Shown here piece by piece: positions 1-7,143 of a DNA stretch of 47,675 nucleotides (its first letter is position 1; each line of letters opens with the position of its first letter). The stretch lies in assembly GCA_050014815.1 (NCBI GenBank), contig JBEKCP010000001.1:1-47675 (forward strand). Direction: 5' to 3'. A program made the position numbers and the translations under genes. The DNA comes from Thermoguttaceae bacterium. GTDB taxonomy: Bacteria; Planctomycetota; Planctomycetia; Pirellulales; Thermoguttaceae. The notes below the pieces were generated by a model that saw only the letters and a program-made list of their open reading frames with translations, did not search any database and had not been told where the DNA came from.

Positions 1-1713
1 CATTAATGCCAGTGGCATCGATCCGATGCGAGGCGTTTGTGTGCGCTTCTCGTGGCATCCTGCACACCCCACCGTCTCCCCCGGTTGCACCGTGAAGAAA
101 CTCTGCATCCGTTTGACCGACATGTTGTTCTTATCAAGCGCCACGAAAAACAGACTTCGCATGGCGGGCATTTCTGCATAAGCAGACCCGTCCGCTTCCA
201 CAGGAATCGTGCCCAGAACACGCGAGAGTGTGAAAGTACTCATGTAACTGATCGTATCCATCCAATCGGCGAAATTGATCGGTTTGGGCAAGGATTCGAG
301 GACGAGGAGTTTCTCTATTTCGCCGGGTCGCACACCCTCCATATTCCGACCATGGAGGATATCCGCCAGGTAAATCGTCCCGGTCTCTTTCCCCATATCC
401 ACTCTGTCCGCCAACACCGGTTCACGCGGGCGCGATGTCAATGGACGCGGTTCGTGAACGTCAATTCCATCCGGATTTTCATAGATCATGTCCGCCGCCC
501 CGTTACCGTTAATCAAAAGGATTCGAGTGTTGTCACAAACCAGAAAACAATCTTCGGAAAAAGGATAGGGATCGCGTCCTCCCTCACGGATACGCTTCAC
601 CCTCCTTCTATCATCTGGTCCGGCCTTTTGATCCACGATTGTGACATCTCCCGCGTGTTCTGTCGCCCCATGTCCCCCCGAAAATGAGGCCACCACTTTG
701 TCTGTCCCGGGAATGGGTTTCGCGTCAAGCATGGCGGTGCCAGGGTTCGAGTTTCCATAATAGACCATTTGTCCGCTGCCATCCGGGTTCATGGTCCAGA
801 GGTGATGAAACTTCGTTTGATCGCGATCCACATACTCCCATCGCGTGTAGATCAGCCGGCCGTCAGGCAACATCCAAGGGGTGTTGTCATGCTCCACGTT
901 GGACGAGAGAGGTCGTATATTGCCGCCATTTCCGTCACAGCGATGGACCGTTGCCACCTGAGTGCGCCAACAAGGCACGAATCGCTTGCAACGCGAGGAG
1001 ATGAAGATGATGTTGCCATCCGGCAGGTAGGTGGGTTCAATGTCGTCGAACGGACCGTCCGTCAGTTGCCGCAGTGCGGTTCCGTCGGCATTAATTTCAT
1101 ACAAATTGAAGAACTCACTGCCATCTTTTAGATACGAGAACAGAATCTTTTTTCCGTCGTAATGGACTTGGGGATCGCGAACTCGGCCGGTGACGACCTT
1201 GAGTAACGGGGTCACCTGTTTGGTCCGGAGATTGAGACGGAAGAGGCCTCCGCCTCCTTGAATAGGGACTCTTCCATAATCAATTTCTCCGTTCTTACGA
1301 ATTGTTCCCCCTCTGCTTTCGTGGCCGAAGTTTGCGTACCAATGACCAAACACTGACTTGCGAACGGCAAACACGATATCCTCGACGCCGGCCATTGGCC
1401 CGCGAAGCGCCGCATCCAACAGGGGCACATAGGATGGAGGCGCTACCGGCTTCTTCTGTTTGGCCGGTTGCGATGGTGGCGAGGGTTGTTGAGCAACCGC
1501 TGTTCCAGGAATACTCGACGCAATCAGAAGACAATCGGCGGGCTGGCCGACGAGTGTTTCCCGGTCGGCCGCCAAAACATCCCGAGGTGGTTCCGCCGCC
1601 TGGGTGTTCAGTGTCAGGTTCAGTACGATCAATGCTCCCAAGGCCACTCGCCTTGTCCAGGTATTCATGGTCATCTTCTTGCGGCTATTGTCGCGGTTGG
1701 TGGTGTTGTTCAT
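1..1713 (-). CDS. 3'-truncated (window edge) secreted TolB/PD40-like beta-propeller protein with a CxxCH haem motif; paralogue of 12182..14797
   Basis: It is absent from the ORF track because it has no stop inside the window. Hand translation of the reverse strand is open from 1713 down to 1. N-terminus: MNNTTNRDNSRKKMTMNTWTRRVALGALIVLNLTL (signal-like). Propeller blades: VHYDGKKILFSYLKDGSEFFNLYEINADGTALRQLTDGPFDDIEPTYLPDGNIIFISSRCKRFVPCW and LPDGRLIYTRWEYVDRD, collinear with 12182..14797. C-terminal visible part: MQSFFTVQPGETVGCAGCHEKR, with CAGCH at 52..66. Alternative ATG starts are 1674 and 1668. Confidence 0.8.
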   Translation of the reverse strand, partial: MNNTTNRDNSRKKMTMNTWTRRVALGALIVLNLTLNTQAAEPPRDVLAADRETLVGQPADCLLIASSIPGTAVAQQPSPPSQPAKQKKPVAPPSYVPLLDAALRGPMAGVEDIVFAVRKSVFGHWYANFGHESRGGTIRKNGEIDYGRVPIQGGGGLFRLNLRTKQVTPLLKVVTGRVRDPQVHYDGKKILFSYLKDGSEFFNLYEINADGTALRQLTDGPFDDIEPTYLPDGNIIFISSRCKRFVPCWRTQVATVHRCDGNGGNIRPLSSNVEHDNTPWMLPDGRLIYTRWEYVDRDQTKFHHLWTMNPDGSGQMVYYGNSNPGTAMLDAKPIPGTDKVVASFSGGHGATEHAGDVTIVDQKAGPDDRRRVKRIREGGRDPYPFSEDCFLVCDNTRILLINGNGAADMIYENPDGIDVHEPRPLTSRPREPVLADRVDMGKETGTIYLADILHGRNMEGVRPGEIEKLLVLESLPKPINFADWMDTISYMSTFTLSRVLGTIPVEADGSAYAEMPAMRSLFFVALDKNNMSVKRMQSFFTVQPGETVGCAGCHEKRTQTPRIGSMPLALM

Positions 1714-1756
1714 GGAAGTCTTTCGATGTTCAAATCTCCGTCTACCGGAATAATGC

Positions 1757-4700
1757 TCATGGTTGTGTCGCTCCTTTGGGGGTGGCCGCCTGAACTTCAC
1801 CGGCAACTTGGTACAATTCTCTTACGGCGGCGTTCCAGCGGCGCTGGCTGGTTGCGATCGGATCTCGCCAAGCGTAACGACCTGAAATAATGGATTCAAA
1901 GGCTTGGACGGCTTCCAGGGCTTTTTCCTTCTTTTCTTTGGTCAGATCGGCACAACGGTCTTTTGTCTCTCGGTACACTGCTGCTGTTTGCAGTCCTTCG
2001 CGCAACAATTCATAGCACGGTTGGGGTTCGGCACCATTGGGACCAGGCGTCGTTATTCGCTCGACAAGACCGTTTCGCGGCGTACCACCTCTTCCTGTCC
2101 AGACATTCAAGGAGAACCAGTAATCGAGACCAATCTCACTGGTACCCTGACTTCCGTCTATCAGATCACCTATTGGTTGGTCACGCCATTGCGGTGAAAA
2201 AGGGCCGCCACCTTCAGGGACATAATTCCTACGATTGCCACACGTATAGGGATAGAGACGTTTCATAAAATACCCCGCTGCCACGGTTCCGAAATAATTA
2301 TGTTTCGCAGGAAGGATCCCTTCGAGCCAACCCACCTCGGCACCGCAGAGCAGGGTGAGTTTTCCCTCAGCGGACGGCAACGGAAGACCGTACCCATGGC
2401 GGTAAACACGCCAACGCCAGTCGGGCGCCATCTCTTTGAAGAAGGTGACGACCTCCTCCTGTGGATCCGCGTCCCAAGGTACACCCAATACAACCTTCGT
2501 GTCACGCCAACCGCGTTTAATTAACCTTTCTCGGATACCATCGAAAATGGGCTGCCAGAATTCTTTGGACTTTGGCGTACCGTAGAATGGTGCCCGGATG
2601 TTCTCCAGCGTGCCGTCTGATTTCATGCGAGTGACTTTCACCGAATTCTGCGACGTATAACTGCCCCCAAATGTGCCTTGCGGTCCCATCTGGTCCCACA
2701 TGTACAGCGTGAGGTATTTCGGTTGTCCGCAGATTCGCTGCCAGAGATCGAGATATCGATCCATATAGACAAAATCCGGCGCACCGTTGGCATCCCGTCG
2801 CACCATGGTGTAGCGTTCAGGCAATACTCCTTCGGCGATGAGGAAGACCTGGCACGATTCGCTCCCTATGTCGCGTAAGAGACGAAGCGACGGTTCCATA
2901 TACTTGAGATGCTCGTCTGACCATGGTTCGACCTTGTACTGGCGGGTAATGGCATCGGGTGAATGGATGAAGGCCGTCAACATCGGCCAATCTTTCGGCG
3001 CCGATATGACATAGGCCATGATCTCCAGGCGAATCGGCAAAGATCCTTCAAATCCTTGGCAGGTGACTTTCAAGGATCCCGTATAGACACCGGGTTTTGC
3101 ATCTTTGGGAGCATGCACCAACAGAACCAGATACTGCCTTTTTCCGTCCGCCGGTTTCAATATAAAAGTCTGGTCGTCCTTGAACCATCGCACTTGCACC
3201 GCCTCTGCTGGTACAACCGCTCCGTCTGGTCCGGTCAAAGGTGTCGGTGTTGCGCTAATACCGGTCAATTGCGGGCCGGCGAGACTTGCCCTGGTTGACA
3301 AAGCATATCCATCGCGCGGCACTACCAGACGCAATCCACCAATTTCATCCGCGGAGAAAGTAATCGGTTTTGCCGGTTCTGGCGCGGTTGTGGGAGGTAT
3401 CGGTGTCATCTTTAATAGCTCTGCCATCCGGTAGAGTTCTCGCACGGCACTGTTCCATGTTCCTGATCTTCTTCCACTGGGCACCTTCAATCGACAGTGA
3501 ACAAGCGCATCAAAAAGTTCATAGGTCTCCGTCGCCTGGTACCGAACTTCCTCCGGCAGTCGCGCATCATGGTTGCGCACCTGAAGAAATGCCTCGGCCA
3601 CCTGCATACCCTCGCGCAGCAACTCATAGGACAGATTCGGTTCAGCACCCGTGGGACTCGGAGTCGTCAGCGACATGGGGAGTGATTCATGCAAATTCTT
3701 TTGCCACGGGTTAGGGCTTTTGCTTTTGCGAGTCAGATCGAACGTTCCGCGCCCCTTCTCAACCGGCATCGCCCAGAAATCCAAGCCGACCTGACTCAGG
3801 CCCTGAACGGCGCCCCTCATGGTCAAAGGATACACATCGAGCCACGAATGGATACCAGACCAACCCCCGATATTACCGCTGGCGACCGTCAAGGGATACG
3901 AGCGTTTCATGCCGACCCCTCTGACGATATCCGCTGGAGAAGCCCCCTGGTCTCGTTTGGTGGGATAAACGGAGAGTGGAGCAACTCCTTCCAACCAACC
4001 CACCTCCAAACCATTGGTCAGGACGAGTTTCCCGCTCGTATCAGGCGACGGAAGATAGATACCATAGGCGAACACGCGCCAACGCCACCCGGGCGCAACT
4101 TCCTGAAAAAACAAGACAACCTCCTTTTCCGGTTGTTTGTTGGTGGGTGCTCTATCTGCATGCGCGGGTGCTCCTTGGTCCCCGGGAGTACCCAAGAGCA
4201 CTTCGGTGTCCTTCCAGCCGCGTTTGGCCAAGCGGTCGCGGATGCCGTCAAAAACCGGTTGCCAGAATGCCTTTGATCCTGGCGTGCCGTAATACGGCGC
4301 GCGAATGTTCTCCAGCGTGCCGTCCGCCTTGATCTGAGTGACCTTTACCGAGTTCGTCGCCGACCACGGTGGAGCGCCCTCGCTCTGGTCCCACAGGTAT
4401 AACGTCAACTTCTTCGGTTGCCCGCACACCTTCTGCCAGAGGTCGAGATACCGGTCCATCCAGGTGAAATCCGGCGAACCATCCGCGCGCCGCCGGACCA
4501 TGCTGTAACGCTCGTTGATGATGGCTTCGGCAATTAGGTAAACCTGACAGGACTCACTGCCCAGATCATTCAAGAGACGCAGCGACGGTTCCATCAACTT
4601 CAGATGGGCATCCGACCAGGGTTCTACCTTGTACTGGAGCGCGATGGTGTCCGGCGAATGGATCAAACCCGTCAACATGTACCGATCCTTTGGGGCCGGA

Positions 4701-5209
4701 ACGACCCAGGGCATGACTTCCACGGTGACCGGCAGATCGCCCGTAAATCCCTCGCAGGCGACGCCCAGGCGTCCGGTGTACACGCCGGCGGCGGCAGCCT
4801 TCGGCGCGTGGACGGTCAACATAATGTGTAGCTGCTGCCCGAGCACGGCCCGGCCTTCCCGGTATTCCTTGGTCACGGGCGTCGGCGTGAACTGGTCCCC
4901 GCTGAGCCAGCGTACCTGCACGGCCTCGGGCGGCAATACTGCCCCGCCGGGCCCGGTCAGACGCGGCGGTGTAACGGTGAGGTCGGCGATTTTCGGCCCA
5001 CGCACCACGGACAATGCCGAAGCATACCCATCGCGCGGCACGACCAGTCGCAACCCGGCGTCAGCGGAAAGGGTGTCACGGGTGTCGATGGCAACCGGCG
5101 CCAACTCAGTTGGGATCGCAACAGGATTCTTGACCGGTTCAACTGCGATTACCTGTGTCAGGACCGTAAACGCCATGGCCATGACGGCGATGATGGGCGG
5201 GATCTTCAT
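1757..5209 (-). CDS. secreted protein of unknown function built from two tandem ~535-560 aa homologous modules
   Basis: The track ORF is 1757..5254. I prefer ATG 5209 because it gives MKIPPIIAVMAMAFTVLTQVIA (Sec-type signal) and has GAGGAG upstream. Module 1 is approx 3365..5100 and module 2 is 1760..3364. They are collinear, e.g. YKVEPWSDAHLKLMEPSLRLLNDLGSESCQVYLIAE vs YKVEPWSDEHLKYMEPSLRLLRDIGSESCQVFLIAE, and MDRYLDLWQKVCGQPKKLTLYLWDQ vs MDRYLDLWQRICGQPKYLTLYMWDQ. I did not recognise a family by eye. Confidence 0.85.
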   Translation of the reverse strand: MKIPPIIAVMAMAFTVLTQVIAVEPVKNPVAIPTELAPVAIDTRDTLSADAGLRLVVPRDGYASALSVVRGPKIADLTVTPPRLTGPGGAVLPPEAVQVRWLSGDQFTPTPVTKEYREGRAVLGQQLHIMLTVHAPKAAAAGVYTGRLGVACEGFTGDLPVTVEVMPWVVPAPKDRYMLTGLIHSPDTIALQYKVEPWSDAHLKLMEPSLRLLNDLGSESCQVYLIAEAIINERYSMVRRRADGSPDFTWMDRYLDLWQKVCGQPKKLTLYLWDQSEGAPPWSATNSVKVTQIKADGTLENIRAPYYGTPGSKAFWQPVFDGIRDRLAKRGWKDTEVLLGTPGDQGAPAHADRAPTNKQPEKEVVLFFQEVAPGWRWRVFAYGIYLPSPDTSGKLVLTNGLEVGWLEGVAPLSVYPTKRDQGASPADIVRGVGMKRSYPLTVASGNIGGWSGIHSWLDVYPLTMRGAVQGLSQVGLDFWAMPVEKGRGTFDLTRKSKSPNPWQKNLHESLPMSLTTPSPTGAEPNLSYELLREGMQVAEAFLQVRNHDARLPEEVRYQATETYELFDALVHCRLKVPSGRRSGTWNSAVRELYRMAELLKMTPIPPTTAPEPAKPITFSADEIGGLRLVVPRDGYALSTRASLAGPQLTGISATPTPLTGPDGAVVPAEAVQVRWFKDDQTFILKPADGKRQYLVLLVHAPKDAKPGVYTGSLKVTCQGFEGSLPIRLEIMAYVISAPKDWPMLTAFIHSPDAITRQYKVEPWSDEHLKYMEPSLRLLRDIGSESCQVFLIAEGVLPERYTMVRRDANGAPDFVYMDRYLDLWQRICGQPKYLTLYMWDQMGPQGTFGGSYTSQNSVKVTRMKSDGTLENIRAPFYGTPKSKEFWQPIFDGIRERLIKRGWRDTKVVLGVPWDADPQEEVVTFFKEMAPDWRWRVYRHGYGLPLPSAEGKLTLLCGAEVGWLEGILPAKHNYFGTVAAGYFMKRLYPYTCGNRRNYVPEGGGPFSPQWRDQPIGDLIDGSQGTSEIGLDYWFSLNVWTGRGGTPRNGLVERITTPGPNGAEPQPCYELLREGLQTAAVYRETKDRCADLTKEKKEKALEAVQAFESIISGRYAWRDPIATSQRRWNAAVRELYQVAGEVQAATPKGATQP

Positions 5210-5249
5210 GGGGGTTGTTCTCCTCGTTTCTTGTTGGTGCCCGCACCGC

Positions 5250-5423
5250 CACAAGTTCCACTACGCTCCGTTTCCGACGGCGCTCGAGAAGGCCGGATTG
5301 TTCGGCCCGCGGCTGTTGGCCCTGGTGGGCTGGTTGAAGGGCGTCTGCCACATGTCCTTCACCACGATCCGCAAGTACCTCCGCGACGTAGTGGACGTCC
5401 GCGTCAGCCGCGGCTATCTCGCC
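5250..5423 (+). pseudogene. relic of an IS66-family-like transposase (about 58 codons, no start, no catalytic domain)
   Basis: The tail of + ORF 4629..5495 lies in the 292-nt gap between two minus-strand genes. It reads HKFHYAPFPTALEKAGLFGPRLLALVGWLKGVCHMSFTTIRKYLRDVVDVRVSRGYLA. From memory this resembles the region just upstream of the DDE domain of IS66-type transposases (FGPRL..L...L.G..H.S...I...L.D..G...S.G.L). The similarity ends abruptly at about 5423. The call is from recollection only and no search was done. Confidence 0.4.
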
Positions 5424-5501
5424 TTCTCTGGTCTCACGGTTTCTCCCTGGTCTGCGCCACCGGCCTGGACCGTGAACGCTTACCTGTTTTGTTAGAACCC
5501 T

Positions 5502-6761
5502 CTATTTTGCGCCAATGTCGTAAACGTAGAGGAAATCGCCATGCCGGAGGTACAGCCGCTTGCCGCAGACGACCGGGTGGGCCCAGGTCGGGCCTTGGCC
5601 GCCCTTGGGCAGGCGGAACTCGCTGACCACTTTCATCCCCTCGGGGCTGATCTTCGCCAGGCCGACCCGCGAGTTCTCGCTGAGCATGTAGAGCAAGCCA
5701 TCGGCATAGGTGGCCGACCCTTTGCCGACACCTTGCGCGACCCACTTCTTGTCGCCCGTGGCCCAATCGAGGCACACCCACTTCGCCGAGTTCTGATTGT
5801 GGGCGGAACCGTACAGATAGCCGTCCAACAGCAGCACGCCGCCATGATGGTTGTCCATTTCTTTGGTATCCCAAAGCTTCTCGGCCGTGGCCGTCTTGCC
5901 GTCGGCCTTGACCTTGAGCATGACCCCACCGGCGCCGTAGCCGGTGCTGACAAAGACTTGGCCATCGTGATAGATGGGGCTGGTCACGTTCACATCGTAT
6001 TTCGTCGGTTTCGGAAAACGCCAGAGCAACTCGCCGTTGTCGGCATTGACCGCAATCACCGACTTGGCGGTGAGCGTCAGCAGCATGCGGAGACTGCCCA
6101 TTTTGGCCAGGGTGGGCGACGCATAGCCGGTTGCCTCGTCGACGCTGCCCGACTTCCAAATCGTTTCGCCCGTGAGTTTGTTCAGGGCCACTAGCGCGTT
6201 CTCTTTTCCGCCCGGCGAGCAGATCAACCGATCGCCGTCGATGAGCACCGATTCGGCCAAGGCCCACTGGATGTTGTGGCCACCGAACTTTTCGAGGATG
6301 TTGATGCCCCAGAGTTTTTCGCCGGTGGCCGTTTTCAGGCAGACCAATTCGCCCATCGGACTTTCTTGGTACAACCGCTCGCCATCGAACGTGGGCGTGC
6401 CGCGGGTGCCGGGATAGGACTTCGTCCAGGCCGGGCCGGCAGGAACTTGCCAGCGGACTTTGCCCGCGAGATCCAGCGCCGTAATGACCGTCGTGTCGTC
6501 AAGGTTGCCGTCGGTGAAGACGAGCCCATCGCCGATCGTGACGCCGGCAAAGCCTTCGCCCAGTTTCTCGCTCGTCCAGAGCAACTTTGGCCCACCCTCC
6601 GGCCATTGCTTCAACAGTCCGGTTTCGGTCGAAATGTTGTCGCCCTTTGGGCCGTGGAACCGCGGCCATGCCGGGCTTTCCGCGACCACCAGGCGCGTCG
6701 CGCCAGCGGTAACGATGAGGATGATAGCAAGCCGTAGTGATCGGAGCCCGGCGTGCAGCAT
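5502..6761 (-). CDS. secreted PQQ-like (BamB/YfgL-type) beta-propeller repeat protein
   Basis: 419-aa ORF with an ATG start and signal MLHAGLRSLRLAIILIVTAGATRLVVA. It then reads WPRFHGPKGDNISTETGLLKQWPEGGPKLLW...GFAGVTIGDGLVFTDG, followed by repeated G.L.ALD..TGK..W / W...V....SP....G.V. blades typical of PQQ_2/PQQ_3 propellers. Confidence 0.85.
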   Translation of the reverse strand: MLHAGLRSLRLAIILIVTAGATRLVVAESPAWPRFHGPKGDNISTETGLLKQWPEGGPKLLWTSEKLGEGFAGVTIGDGLVFTDGNLDDTTVITALDLAGKVRWQVPAGPAWTKSYPGTRGTPTFDGERLYQESPMGELVCLKTATGEKLWGINILEKFGGHNIQWALAESVLIDGDRLICSPGGKENALVALNKLTGETIWKSGSVDEATGYASPTLAKMGSLRMLLTLTAKSVIAVNADNGELLWRFPKPTKYDVNVTSPIYHDGQVFVSTGYGAGGVMLKVKADGKTATAEKLWDTKEMDNHHGGVLLLDGYLYGSAHNQNSAKWVCLDWATGDKKWVAQGVGKGSATYADGLLYMLSENSRVGLAKISPEGMKVVSEFRLPKGGQGPTWAHPVVCGKRLYLRHGDFLYVYDIGAK

Positions 6762-6837
6762 GGTTCTGGTCCTTGGGAGGGAATGGTAAAATAGTTAGTT
6801 GTGTCTGCCGACATTCGCGGCGTTCGGTGTCAAGGCA

Positions 6838-6996
6838 CTATTGTAGCTTGTAGTCGCTGGTCCCCAAATGCACCACCAGACCGCGAACTTGGCCGCCGGC
6901 AACCCCGGGCAGTTCGGCCAGATCCGCCCGGCCCTCGGCCGTCGCGCCCATCGCAAGGATGGCCAGCAACACGGTGAATCGGTACGCGACTTCCAT
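6838..6996 (-). pseudogene. possible orphan 5' fragment (signal peptide plus first ~25 aa) of a large PQQ-like propeller gene
   Basis: This is the inner part of track ORF 6838..7083, starting at ATG 6996: MEVAYRFTVLLAILAMGATAEGRADLAELPGVAGGQVRGLVVHLGTSDYKLQ*. The stretch GLVVHLGTSD matches GLVVHLGVSDGQLE at the N-terminus of the 887-aa protein at 35915..38578. The frame then stops after 52 aa. Confidence 0.3.
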
Positions 6997-7029
6997 GGTG
7001 GATATCTCATTCGGGTGCGTGGCGTAATT

Positions 7030-7083
7030 GTGGTACAGGCGTCCTGCCTGTATGTTTCTGGACAGGCGAGACGCCTGCACCAC
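7030..7083 (-). other. 54-nt imperfect hairpin 61 nt downstream of the 7144 stop (possible terminator or RNA-stability element; no U tract)
   Basis: Minus-strand sequence: GTGGTGCAGGCGTCTCGCCTGT-CCAGAAACAT-ACAGGCAGGACGCCTGTACCAC. This gives a 22-position stem with 19 Watson-Crick pairs, 2 G-U pairs and 1 mismatch, and a 10-nt loop. Confidence 0.35.
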
Positions 7084-7143
7084 AAGAAACTCACCAAGTT
7101 GTTCTTTTACAGGCCCTCAGATGTTTCTCGGGTAATTGCCGTT

